Positions 49,256-58,535 of a stretch of DNA of 64,000 nucleotides are shown here, one piece after another (positions within the stretch are counted from its first letter, which is position 1; each line of letters begins with the position of its first letter). The position numbers and the translations under genes are program-made. The DNA is from an uncultured delta proteobacterium (GTDB taxonomy: Bacteria; Myxococcota; Myxococcia; Myxococcales; Myxococcaceae): assembly GCA_963713045.1 (NCBI GenBank), contig CAVQKE010000001.1, positions 128,001-192,000 on the forward strand, given 5' to 3'. The notes beneath the pieces were generated by a model that saw nothing but the letters and a program-made list of their open reading frames with translations, searched no databases and was not told the origin of the DNA.

Positions 49256-50214
49256 TTTCCGTGCTCCACCAGGAAGTGCTCGGCGTCCATCGCCGCCATG
49301 CACCCAGTGCCGGCGGCGGTGACGGCCTGACGGTAGACGGGGTCCGCCACGTCGCCGCAGACGAAGACGCCTTCCACCTCGGTGCGCGTCGAGCCGGGGA
49401 CGGTTTTGATGTAGCCGGCCTCGGTCGTCTCGAGCCAGTTCTCGAAGAGTTCCGAGTTGGGCCGGTGGCCGATGGCGACGAAGAAGCCGCTCGCCGGCAG
49501 CGTCTGGACTTCCGACGTCTTGACGTTGCGCACCCGTGCCCCAGTGAAGGACTTCCCGTCGCCCAGCAGCTCCTCCACCACGGTGTTCCACACCACCTGG
49601 ATTTTTGGGTTTTTCAGGACCCGGTGCTGCATGATTTTGGAGGCCCGGAAGGCGTCACGGCGGTGAAGCAAGGTGACTTTGGAGGCCAGTTTGGAGAGGT
49701 AACTGGCCTCTTCCATGGCGGTGTCTCCCCCGCCGACCACCAGGACGTCGAGGCCTTTGAAGAAGGCCCCGTCGCAGGTGGCGCAGGCGCTGACGCCGCG
49801 GTTTCGGTAGTGCAGCTCCCCGGGCACATCCAGCCACTTGGCGGTGGCGCCGGTGGCGACAATCAACGTCTCGGTCGTCACCTTCGCCCCGCTTTCACTT
49901 TTGAGGTGGAAGGGGCGGTGGGCGAGGTCAACCTCGAGGATGTTTTCCAGGTGAATGACGGTGCCGAAGCGCTCGGCGTGCTTCTGGAAGCGCTCCACCA
50001 GCTCCGGGCCCGTCACCGCCTCGGGAAAGCCCGGGTAGTTCTCGACGTCGGTGGTAATCATCAACTGCCCTCCGGGCACGCGGGAGGGGTCATGCGCGAT
50101 GGGGCCGCCGGCGTACAGCACCGGCTCGAGGTTGGCGCGCGCGGCGTAGATGGCCGCGGTGTAGCCGGCCGGGCCAGAGCCGAGGATGGTGACTTTGTGG
50201 ATGGGCGTCGACAC
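49252..50214 (-). CDS. trxB: Thioredoxin-disulfide reductase
   Basis: GSGPAGYTAA, GGQL, VENYPGF, SACATCDG, GGGDTA and YRQAVTAAG motifs. Confidence 0.96.
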   Translation of the reverse strand: MSTPIHKVTILGSGPAGYTAAIYAARANLEPVLYAGGPIAHDPSRVPGGQLMITTDVENYPGFPEAVTGPELVERFQKHAERFGTVIHLENILEVDLAHRPFHLKSESGAKVTTETLIVATGATAKWLDVPGELHYRNRGVSACATCDGAFFKGLDVLVVGGGDTAMEEASYLSKLASKVTLLHRRDAFRASKIMQHRVLKNPKIQVVWNTVVEELLGDGKSFTGARVRNVKTSEVQTLPASGFFVAIGHRPNSELFENWLETTEAGYIKTVPGSTRTEVEGVFVCGDVADPVYRQAVTAAGTGCMAAMDAEHFLVEHGK

Positions 50215-50354
50215 GGGCTTCGCTGGACTCTCCTTCCCCGAACCGGTGGGGCAAAACGGCGCCCCTTGCGCGGGCCCCACCGTAGCAGCAGCAGGCCCTT
50301 CTGAGCCTCCGCCTTGTGGTACCAATGCTTCTGCAGATGGAGGAAGGTAACCGG

Positions 50355-50813
50355 ATGGACGTTGCCCCGCTCGCCCAGGTCACCCTTTTCCAGGGGTTGA
50401 GTCCCGCGCAGCTGAAGAAGGTGGCCTCCATCTGTGAGGCGGAGACGGTCGACGCCGGCTCGGTCATCTTTCGCGAGGGTGAGCCCGGCCAGTCGATGTA
50501 CCTTTTGGTCTCGGGAAAAGTGCGCATTTCCCGCCGCGTGCCGGGAATGGGCGAGGAAGCGTTGGCCATCCTCGACGCCGGACAATATTTCGGCGAGATG
50601 GGTGTGGTGGAGGAGAGCGTCCGCAGCGCCGACGCCTACGCCCACGAGACGGTCACCCTATGGCGCATCGACCGCCGACAATTCGACCAACTCCTCTTCA
50701 CCGACAAGGAGCTTGCCTACGCGGTGCTGTGGACGTTGGTGCGGACCCTGTCGGCGCGGCTGCGGGAGACCAACGAGAAGATGAAGGCCTTCTTCGCGAT
50801 GTCCCAATTCTAA
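50355..50813 (+). CDS. Stand-alone cyclic-nucleotide-binding domain protein
   Basis: IFREGEPG..MYLL..GKV, YFGEMG...RSADA; no HTH; start uncertain. Confidence 0.88.
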   Translation: MDVAPLAQVTLFQGLSPAQLKKVASICEAETVDAGSVIFREGEPGQSMYLLVSGKVRISRRVPGMGEEALAILDAGQYFGEMGVVEESVRSADAYAHETVTLWRIDRRQFDQLLFTDKELAYAVLWTLVRTLSARLRETNEKMKAFFAMSQF

Positions 50814-50907
50814 AGGCAAGGCCCCGGGCGCCCTCAACGGCCCCGCGGCCGCCAGGAAACGCTTGGCCTTGAAGTCGCCCAGGCCAGCGCCGGGGTAGAC
50901 TGCCCCC

Positions 50908-52923
50908 ATGCAGGGAGGGCAGGAAGACGAGGCAGCGGTGGCGCTGCGACGCCACTTCGGGCTGCCCGGTTTCCGCACCGGGCAGGCGGATGTCATCCGC
51001 AGGGTGCTCGCCGGGCAGAACACCGTGGTGGTGATGCCCACCGGTGCCGGGAAGAGCCTCTGCTACCAGCTGCCGGCGGTGCTGCTCCCCGGGGTGACGG
51101 TGGTGGTGTCGCCGCTCATCGCCCTGATGAAGGACCAGGTGGAGCAACTTGAGGCGCGCGGCATTGCTGCCACCCTCGTCAACTCCACCCTCAGCGAAGC
51201 CGAGCGCTCCGAGCGCATCCGCCGCATGCGTGCCGGCGCCTACCGGTTGGTGTACGTGGCTCCGGAGCGCTTCAAAAGCAACGCCTTCCTCGAGGCGTTG
51301 CAGGCCGCCGGCGTCGCCCTGTTGGCAATCGACGAGGCGCACTGCATCAGCCAATGGGGGCATGACTTCCGGCCGGACTACGCGCTGCTCGGCCAGGTGC
51401 GCAAGAAGCTGCGCCCCCCGCGCACGGTGGCCCTCACCGCCACCGCCACGCCGGAGGTGCGAGAGGACATTGTCCGCTCGCTGCTGTTGAAGGACCCCTG
51501 CGTCTTCGTCGCTGGCTTCGACCGTCCCAACCTCTTCCTCGAGGTGTGCCCGGTGTCCGGGGACGAAGACAAGCGGGCAGCTTGCGCCGCCCGGGTGGCC
51601 GAGGGCGGCTCAGGCCTCGTCTATTGCGCCACCCGCAAGGCGGCCGAGTCGATGCACGCTGCACTCAAGCTGCGCGGTCACACGCCGGTGCTGTACCACG
51701 CTGGGATGGAGGAGGACGACCGCCGCCGCGCGCAGGACCGCTTCATGTCCACCGCCAACGCGGTGGCCATCGCCACCAACGCCTTCGGGATGGGCATCGA
51801 CAAGCCCGACATCCGCTTCGTCATCCACGCCCACATTCCCCGCGCGGTGGAGGCCTACTACCAGGAGATTGGGCGCGCCGGGCGGGACGGCGGGGCGGCC
51901 CACGCCCTGCTTCTCTTCAACCACGCCGACGTCTTCACCCAGGAACGGATGATTGAGGGCAACCACCCGTCGGAGGCCGTCATCTCCGATGTCTGGAATG
52001 CGCTGGTGGCAGCCGGAGGCTTTGACCGCGGGCTGGCGGCGTTGGCCACCGGCGTGGGTGCCAGCGAATTCGAGGTGTCCGCCGCCCTGCGCATTCTTGA
52101 ACGCGAAGGGCTTTTGGAGAGAAAGGACGCGGGCGAAGGCGCCTGGCGGCTGCGCCGCCTGGAGGCGCCCAGCGTGCCGGCGCGGCTGAGTAAGCCGGCG
52201 CGGGGGGTGTACGACGCCGTGACGGCGCTGGCTGGCCCGGGCCAGGTGGCCAGCGTACGGCTTCACGCGCTGGCCTCACGTTGCGGTCTGGAAATGGACA
52301 CAGTCCGGCGGGCCCTTGCCGCCTTGGACAAGGCCCATCTGTTGGAGGTGCGCCGGCCTTTTTCGGGCCGCAGCATTCGTCCGCTGCAGCGCGTGCCCTT
52401 CCACACCCTCGGGCTGTCCCTCGAGCGGGTGCGGGCCCAAGAGCAGCGCTCGCTGCTGCTGCTGAAGCGCATGACGGACTACGCCTACGGCCGCCGCTGC
52501 CGGCGGGGCTTCCTGTTGCGGTACTTCGGTGAGGAACTGGCCGAAAGCGGCTGTTCCGGCTGCGACGTCTGCCACGGCCGGAGGACGACGCTGAGCCCGT
52601 CTCGGCCCAAGCCGGTGGGGAAGAATGCCGTCTACAAGCCGGGCGCTGAAGGCGGACCTGGCCAGTACAGCGAGCACGCCGCGCTGGAACTGCGCCGCTT
52701 CCGCCGGGAGCTCTCGCGGGACCTGGAAGTGCCCCCCTTTATTGTCTTCAACGACAAGACGCTGCGCGCACTGGCCACCGCCCTCCCCAAAAACCGCGAG
52801 GACTTCCTCCGGGTGAAGGGCACCGGCCCGACGCAGTGGGAACGCTTTGGGCCGAAGGTGGTGGAGATTTGTGCCACCGCCCACCGCGGCGGCACGGAGA
52901 CTGCGCCGGGCGAAGCGTCCTGA
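50908..52923 (+). CDS. recQ: RecQ-family DNA helicase with HRDC domain
   Basis: MPTGAGKSLCYQ, DEAHCISQWGHDFRP, ATNAFGMGID, QEIGRAGRDG, Zn motif CRR...CSGCDVC, and C-terminal VPPFIVFNDKTL. Confidence 0.92.
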   Translation: MQGGQEDEAAVALRRHFGLPGFRTGQADVIRRVLAGQNTVVVMPTGAGKSLCYQLPAVLLPGVTVVVSPLIALMKDQVEQLEARGIAATLVNSTLSEAERSERIRRMRAGAYRLVYVAPERFKSNAFLEALQAAGVALLAIDEAHCISQWGHDFRPDYALLGQVRKKLRPPRTVALTATATPEVREDIVRSLLLKDPCVFVAGFDRPNLFLEVCPVSGDEDKRAACAARVAEGGSGLVYCATRKAAESMHAALKLRGHTPVLYHAGMEEDDRRRAQDRFMSTANAVAIATNAFGMGIDKPDIRFVIHAHIPRAVEAYYQEIGRAGRDGGAAHALLLFNHADVFTQERMIEGNHPSEAVISDVWNALVAAGGFDRGLAALATGVGASEFEVSAALRILEREGLLERKDAGEGAWRLRRLEAPSVPARLSKPARGVYDAVTALAGPGQVASVRLHALASRCGLEMDTVRRALAALDKAHLLEVRRPFSGRSIRPLQRVPFHTLGLSLERVRAQEQRSLLLLKRMTDYAYGRRCRRGFLLRYFGEELAESGCSGCDVCHGRRTTLSPSRPKPVGKNAVYKPGAEGGPGQYSEHAALELRRFRRELSRDLEVPPFIVFNDKTLRALATALPKNREDFLRVKGTGPTQWERFGPKVVEICATAHRGGTETAPGEAS

Positions 52924-52940
52924 GGGACGCTTCGGCCCTT

Positions 52941-53306
52941 TCAGGAACGAAAGGCGGCCCGGCGCTTCCACACCGCGCGCAGGCCCGCGCCCAAAAGGCC
53001 CAAGGCGGACGCCAGAAGGAAGATGACGGCCAGGGCGGTGGCACCGAAGATGGCACGCAGGCCCACCTCGCCCAGCTGTCCTTGCAGGTAGGCTTCGCGC
53101 AGCGGCCCCAACAGCCCGCACAGCGACAGGACCTGCGCCGGCAGCGCGTCCAGGGCAAAGGAAAGGGTGAGGACGCTGCGCGAGGGGTACAGCCGCCGGA
53201 GGCTCTCCACCAAAAGGCCCACGCCGAGGTAGGCCACCGCGAGGGCAAGCGCATTGGACACCACCACCCGGGCCAACCTGGGCGGCGCCGGCTGCACCAC
53301 CCTCAT
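52941..53306 (-). CDS. Small membrane protein
   Basis: Two to three hydrophobic segments and a basic C-terminus. Confidence 0.6.
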   Translation of the reverse strand: MRVVQPAPPRLARVVVSNALALAVAYLGVGLLVESLRRLYPSRSVLTLSFALDALPAQVLSLCGLLGPLREAYLQGQLGEVGLRAIFGATALAVIFLLASALGLLGAGLRAVWKRRAAFRS

Positions 53307-53404
53307 CGGCCGGTCCCAGTCTGCAAGGCGTAGGGCACCGGCACCGGCGAGGCCTGGGGGGCACTTGTTGAAAGCGGGCCAGCAGCGGACATGAAAGTTT
53401 TTTC

Positions 53405-53594
53405 AGCCAGTCTCCAGCGTGTCCACCGGCAGCCGCGTCGCGCCGCCGAAGGAAGTGGCGGCCACAGGCACGGCAAGACGCTGAGGAGGCCTAACTGGTC
53501 GGGTACCCGGGCAAGTATAGGGAGAACCTCCGGCAGCCACTAGACGGGGGCACCTGGCCGAGTGCCCCGCCTGCGCCGCGCCTGGGGGCTGGCT
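53405..53594 (+). ncRNA. Candidate structured ncRNA (~190 nt), family unknown
   Basis: 13-bp terminal helix AGCCAGUCUCCAG/CUGGGGGCUGGCU (two G-U pairs, on + only) closing three internal arms; fills an intergenic gap. Confidence 0.55.
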
Positions 53595-56500
53595 CACCTG
53601 TTGGCAACCGACTTCTTCTTCAGGCCGGGAAGCAGCTTCTTGACCCGCGTGGCCTCGCTGGCCTTGGGCGCCAGGCGAAGAAACGTCTGGTACTCCACCT
53701 GAGCACGCGCCACTTCCGCGTCGGAGCCCCCCACCAGCGCGTCCGCCAAGGCGAGGCGCATGGCGGCGTCCCCTGGGTCCAGCTGCACGGCTTGGGCGAG
53801 CTCCTCGCGCGCATGCGCATCCTCATGCTGCCGGCGCAGCACCAGGCCCAAGGAGGCATGGGGTTCAGCCAGCGCCGGCCCCACCTGGACGGCTTGTTCC
53901 GCTGCATGACGGGCGTCCTTGACGGCGCCGTTCAGCAGGAACAGCCGGGCCAGAAGCGCTGAAGCCGAGGCGCGGTCCCACACCTTGGGCGCCTGCGTGG
54001 ACAGCGACTGCAGCATGGCCCGGGCCCTGGGCGGAGCCGCCTGGGGCTTCACCGCCACCTGACCCACCTTGCCGCAGACGCTGTCCGCGTCCTCGTGCAG
54101 CGCGGCCTGGTAGGCCTTGGTGGCCTGGGGGGAGTTGAGTTGGCGCAGGTAGGCCCGGCCGATGGCGCAAAGCGTCTCGGCGTCCTTGGGGTTGAGACGG
54201 TTGGCCTTCTCCAGGGCCGCCATGCCGCCCCGCACGTCCCCCTTGGAGAAGAGAAGCTGGGCGTGCAAGCGCTGCGCGTCCACGTCCGAGGGCTCCTTCT
54301 GCAGCGCGCGCGCAAGGTGCGCTTCGGCGTCCTTCGGGCGGCCCAGCTGGGCTTCGGCGAAGGCCACGTCGCGCGCAGCAGCCGGGGAGGCCGGGTTGTC
54401 CGCCAACCAGGCCTCGGCCTGCCGCAGGCCGTCCTCGCCGCGCCCCAGCGCCAGCAGCGCCCGGCTGAAGGCATGCCGGGACTCGCCGTGGCTGCCGTTG
54501 CGCTGCACCGAGATGCTGAGCGGTTCGAGCGCCTTGTCCGGGGCCCCTTTGCTGAGCAGGAGCCGACCCAACGCACAGCCGCCCTCCCAGTCGCGCGGGT
54601 CCTTCATCGCTTGCTCGAATTGCGCCCGCGCCTGGTCGAGGACGCCGCGCTGCCAGTAGATTTTCCCCAGTGCCACCGAGACTTCGGCCCGGGGGCGCTT
54701 GCTGGAGGCCTGCGTCCGCTCGAGGACGCTCACCGCCTTGTCCGCCTCCCCGTCGGCGGCGTCGGCCAGCGCCAGCAGGGCCACCGCCTCCACCGGGACA
54801 CGGCCCGCCACCTGGGTGCGCTGCAGCTCGCTGCGCGCGCGCTTCCAGTCCTTCAGTCGGACTGCCGCTTCGCCGCGGACCAGGGCCATTTTCCGGCTGT
54901 CGTCGGACGCGAAGCGCTGCAGCACCTCGCGTTCGCGGTCTCGGGCAAGCAGCACCCGGGCCAGCCCCTCGCGCGCCTCTTCACTTTTGGGACGCGCCGT
55001 CACCGCCGACTCGAAGGCGTCCTGGGCGGCGGCCATCTCTCCGCCGGCGCGCAGGGCGTCGCCCAGCGCCAGCTGAAAGTCAAAGCTTCTGTCCGGGAAG
55101 GCCTTGGCACCGTCGGTCAGCGTCTGCACCGCCAAGGCATGCGCCCCGGTGGCGGACAACAGCCGGCCCAGCACCAGGCTCCGCCGCGCCTTCTCCACGG
55201 GCGTCAGGACGTCGCCGGCGGCGGGCAGCTTCTCCACGGCCTGGACGGTGGAAGTGACGTCCTGGCCTTGGGCGAGCAGGCTTTCCGCCTCGCCCAGGAC
55301 GCGTCCCGGGTGCGTGGGTGAGGCCTGGGCGGCGTTGGCGTAAAAGGTGAGGGCGTTGGCGTCGTCCCCCGCCTCCCGGTAGTAGTCCGCCAGTGCCAGC
55401 AGTGCCCGGACGTTGGCGCCTTGCAGCTCGAGCGCTCGCTTGAAGCGCAGCACCGCCGTCTTGGCATCCCCGGACTGCAAGAGGATGCGCCCCGCCAACT
55501 CATGCACTTCGGTGACGTCCAGCGGGCTTGCCAGGACGGCCGCCTTCTGCGCCGTTTGGCCGGCGGCGTCCGCCAACAGGTAGCGGCTGACCAGCACCGT
55601 CGCCGGCGAAGCCTCGGCCACCCCAGGGTGGGCCAGCGCCGCCTCGGCCTGGGCCTTGTCAGCCGGCGTGCCGCCGTGCTCGGCGAAGAGGCGCGCATGC
55701 CCCAGTGCGGTGAGCGTCCAGGCTTCATCGCTGTGCGCGTCCATGGAAACCGCCTGCAGCAGGGCCTGCAGCCCTTGGGTGTAGCCGGCCACCGTGTCCA
55801 ACGCGAAGGCCTTGCGCGCACTGCCCAGGGCGTCTCGCAAGTCTCGCCCCTGGTTGACGGCCCGGGTGTGGACGAAGGCCCAGCTCGCGGCACCGACGGC
55901 CGCCGCCACCACGCAGAGCAGCCCCAGCTTCAGCCAGTGCCGCTGAAGGAAGCTTCTCTCGCGATGGGCCTCCTCCACCTTGGCTCGAAGGTTGGATTCA
56001 AATTCGCGGGCAATGGCCTCGGTGTCCCTGGTGCTGAGGCCCATCCGCGGCAGCGCCGGCATGGTGGAGGCCTCTGACAACTCCGGAATCTCCGACAGGA
56101 CGCCGGCCTCGGCGGCAAACGGCGCCGGCGTCGCAGTCCGGGCCTCGGCGGCGTCACGCGCCGCAGCGTCGCGCAACAGCGGCACCGGGATGATGTCCCG
56201 GGTGTTGGAGGGCGAGCTGGCCGGCAAGTCCGACAGGCTGGACAGCGCCGGGGACAGCCCGGGAGGGGCGCTGCGCGTCGGTGGACTCGACGGCGACCCC
56301 GTCGGGGCCCGCGCCTGCGGCGCCTCCTGCGGGACCGGGGTCAGCATCGGCGGCGGGGCCCGCCCCGGGTCCGTCCGCTCGAGGGTCTCCCCCAGGTTGC
56401 GGTTGCCGGGGCGGATGGTGGGCGGCGGGCCGCCGGCCAGCGCCCCTTGCGTCTGCTCGAGCCAGGTCCGCAACTCCTCGTCGTCGGGGGCCAGCGCCTG

Positions 56501-56839
56501 GGCCTTGCGCAACAGCGGCAGGGCCGAGCGGTACAGCCCTTTGGCCAGCAGCACCTCGCAGATGAGGTGGTAGGCGTAGGGGTCGTCGCGGTTGACGGCC
56601 ACCGCCCGGTCAAACTGTTCCATCGCCTCCGCCGGGCGCCCCAGGTTGATGAGGGCCTTGCCCCACATGACGCGCCCAGCAACGCTGCTTTGGTTGTGCA
56701 GCACGCCCTGCTGGCACACCGCGATGGCGCGCGCGCTGTCGCCCTCCTCGACAAGCGAGTTCGCAAGCTCAACGAAGAGGTGGGAGGTGGGGTCCTGGGC
56801 GAGGATCTCCTCGTAGCGCTCCACCAGCGACTTGGCCAT
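53594..56839 (-). CDS. Large membrane-anchored TPR protein (1081 aa)
   Basis: N-terminal TPRs, Pro-rich linker, one TM (WLKLGLLCVVAAAVGAASWAFV) and many C-terminal TPRs. Confidence 0.88.
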   Translation of the reverse strand: MAKSLVERYEEILAQDPTSHLFVELANSLVEEGDSARAIAVCQQGVLHNQSSVAGRVMWGKALINLGRPAEAMEQFDRAVAVNRDDPYAYHLICEVLLAKGLYRSALPLLRKAQALAPDDEELRTWLEQTQGALAGGPPPTIRPGNRNLGETLERTDPGRAPPPMLTPVPQEAPQARAPTGSPSSPPTRSAPPGLSPALSSLSDLPASSPSNTRDIIPVPLLRDAAARDAAEARTATPAPFAAEAGVLSEIPELSEASTMPALPRMGLSTRDTEAIAREFESNLRAKVEEAHRERSFLQRHWLKLGLLCVVAAAVGAASWAFVHTRAVNQGRDLRDALGSARKAFALDTVAGYTQGLQALLQAVSMDAHSDEAWTLTALGHARLFAEHGGTPADKAQAEAALAHPGVAEASPATVLVSRYLLADAAGQTAQKAAVLASPLDVTEVHELAGRILLQSGDAKTAVLRFKRALELQGANVRALLALADYYREAGDDANALTFYANAAQASPTHPGRVLGEAESLLAQGQDVTSTVQAVEKLPAAGDVLTPVEKARRSLVLGRLLSATGAHALAVQTLTDGAKAFPDRSFDFQLALGDALRAGGEMAAAQDAFESAVTARPKSEEAREGLARVLLARDREREVLQRFASDDSRKMALVRGEAAVRLKDWKRARSELQRTQVAGRVPVEAVALLALADAADGEADKAVSVLERTQASSKRPRAEVSVALGKIYWQRGVLDQARAQFEQAMKDPRDWEGGCALGRLLLSKGAPDKALEPLSISVQRNGSHGESRHAFSRALLALGRGEDGLRQAEAWLADNPASPAAARDVAFAEAQLGRPKDAEAHLARALQKEPSDVDAQRLHAQLLFSKGDVRGGMAALEKANRLNPKDAETLCAIGRAYLRQLNSPQATKAYQAALHEDADSVCGKVGQVAVKPQAAPPRARAMLQSLSTQAPKVWDRASASALLARLFLLNGAVKDARHAAEQAVQVGPALAEPHASLGLVLRRQHEDAHAREELAQAVQLDPGDAAMRLALADALVGGSDAEVARAQVEYQTFLRLAPKASEATRVKKLLPGLKKKSVANR

Positions 56840-56931
56840 GAAAGACTCTCGACGCTACCACGGCACTGCAATCCCCGCCGTCGGCCGAAACCGGTGCGTC
56901 GGACCCCGGATGGTAGGGTGCAGACTCACCC

Positions 56932-57354
56932 GTGAGTCCCCCTCGCACCCTGGCCCTTCTGCTGCCGGCGATGATGCTGGCAGCCTGCTCGCACAACCTC
57001 TTCGACCCAACCCCCAACTTGAAGACGGACGTCGACGACTTCGAGAAGGCGTTGCGCTTTCAGGACTATTCCGGCGCGGCGTCGTTGGTGGTGCCGGAGC
57101 GCCGTCAGGCCTTCCTTGCCGCCCGGCGCAAGGAAGGCACGGACCTCGAGGTGACGGACATGGAAGTCATCGACGCGCAGATGACGCCGGACGGGAAACA
57201 GGCCAACGTCATCAGCCGCATGCGCTGGGTGCGGCTGCCTTCGGTGAGCGAGGTGACCGCCGAAGTGCACGAGCACTGGGTGCTGGTCGGAAACGGCTGG
57301 CTGGTGGTGTCGCTGGCCGGCGGTCCCTTTCCGGAACTCGCACCGGCGCACTAA
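56932..57354 (+). CDS. Small lipoprotein
   Basis: Lipobox LAAC; compact alpha/beta domain ending W..V..GW. Confidence 0.75.
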   Translation: MSPPRTLALLLPAMMLAACSHNLFDPTPNLKTDVDDFEKALRFQDYSGAASLVVPERRQAFLAARRKEGTDLEVTDMEVIDAQMTPDGKQANVISRMRWVRLPSVSEVTAEVHEHWVLVGNGWLVVSLAGGPFPELAPAH

Positions 57355-57397
57355 AAAAATACGCCCACCGCCTCGGGGCCGGCCGAAGCGGTGGGCG
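57353..57397 (-). terminator. Intrinsic terminator (minus strand)
   Basis: Minus strand: CGCCCACCGC...GCGGTGGGCG followed by TATTTTTTT. Confidence 0.85.
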
Positions 57398-57436
57398 CCG
57401 GGCGTCCCCCCATGGGACGTCCTGACCTTGAATACC
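57353..57436 (-). ncRNA. Candidate sigma54-dependent small RNA (~85 nt)
   Basis: A GG-N10-GC element upstream predicts +1 near 57436; hairpin GGACGUCCC-AUGGG-GGGACGCCC, then the terminator. Confidence 0.45.
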
Positions 57437-57446
57437 CAACACGCTC

Positions 57447-57462
57447 AGCAAACCGGATGCCG
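57447..57462 (-). promoter_or_regulatory. Putative sigma54 (-24/-12) promoter
   Basis: CGGCATCCGGTTTGCT on the minus strand versus consensus TGGCAC-N5-TTGCW; exact GG-N10-GC spacing. Confidence 0.5.
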
Positions 57463-57563
57463 AGGCCTCCGCATGGCCTCAAAACACCTGGATTTCGGCT
57501 GGTTAGAAGCAAACCAGGACCGACAGTGAACCCCACTGCCGCCGCGAAACCACGACAGCCGTG

Positions 57564-58535
57564 TCAGGCCGCGGCGGTCGGGGCGCGTACCAGCGCCATC
57601 TCCGCGTCCACGCAGCGGATGGTTTCGCGCATGGAATAACGAGGCGCCCAACCCACGTCACGCACCCACGCCGAGCCGTCCACATTGCAGAGGAATTGAA
57701 TGTGGTCGAGTTCCGGAGGCGGAAACCCCGACAGCCGGTAGCGGAAGAGGAGTCCCAACAGGGGGCGGGCGACGACGTGAGGGACGGGGATGGGCGTGCG
57801 GCCGAGCTCGCGAAACACCGCGGACAGAGGCACCTCGCCCGGGCCGACGACGTTGTAGACGCCCCGCAGTCCGGGGGTGAGCGCCGCCACCATGGCCCGA
57901 GCGGCGTCCTCCTGGTGGATGAGTTGCACCATCGGGTCAAAGCCGGCCAGCACCCATGGATGGCGCAGCCGGAGGTAGTTGGAAGGGGCGTTTTTGATGG
58001 TCGGCCCCAGAATGTGCACCGGCCGGAGGATGACGGTCTCCAACTCGGGGTGCCGCCAGAAGAAGCCGTGGGCCAGCATGTCCACTTCAATCAGGTCGCG
58101 CACCTCGGAGAAGCGCGAGGCGGCCATCAGCGGGGCGTCCTCGGTGAGGAAGTTGGAGTTGTCCGGCGAGGGGCCGTAGGCGTTGGCCGAGCTCAGCACC
58201 ACGACTTTCTTCACTCCGCTGCGGGCGCAGGCGTCGAGCAGGCGCATCGTCCCCAAGACGTTGAAGGAATGATGCTCCTCCTGGCTCATCCGCGGGTCAT
58301 GCATGATGCCCATGTGGATGACGGCCTTCACCGGAAAACGTCGGAAGACGTCCTCGGCCTTCTTCTTCCGCAAGTCGATTTGGAAAACCTCGACGTCCTT
58401 CGGCGCCCCGACGAAGGGGCGTCGGTCGATGCCAACAATTTTCTCCTTTCGGTGAAGGAGTTTGGTGAGGGTCCGGCCGAGGTTTCCGCTGATGCCGGTG
58501 ACCACCACCACCTGGTTGTTCTTCTCGGCGCTCAC
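57564..58535 (-). CDS. NAD-dependent epimerase/dehydratase (extended SDR)
   Basis: VVTGISGNLG, NVLGT, LSSANAYG, ILRP and YNVVG motifs; GTG start at 58535. Confidence 0.88.
   Translation of the reverse strand: MSAEKNNQVVVVTGISGNLGRTLTKLLHRKEKIVGIDRRPFVGAPKDVEVFQIDLRKKKAEDVFRRFPVKAVIHMGIMHDPRMSQEEHHSFNVLGTMRLLDACARSGVKKVVVLSSANAYGPSPDNSNFLTEDAPLMAASRFSEVRDLIEVDMLAHGFFWRHPELETVILRPVHILGPTIKNAPSNYLRLRHPWVLAGFDPMVQLIHQEDAARAMVAALTPGLRGVYNVVGPGEVPLSAVFRELGRTPIPVPHVVARPLLGLLFRYRLSGFPPPELDHIQFLCNVDGSAWVRDVGWAPRYSMRETIRCVDAEMALVRAPTAAA

Noticed and set aside
53480..53560. Resemblance to group I intron core (CUAGACGG, CCUAA...UAU.GG) or cobalamin riboswitch (UAGGGA, GCCACU)
   Set aside because: No GAGACUA/AUAGUC P7 pairing, no interrupted host gene, and the riboswitch elements are not in the required order.
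53403..53597. 64-aa minus-strand ORF over the RNA candidate
   Set aside because: Low-complexity, unprotein-like sequence; the long-range pairing explains the region better. Not formally excluded.
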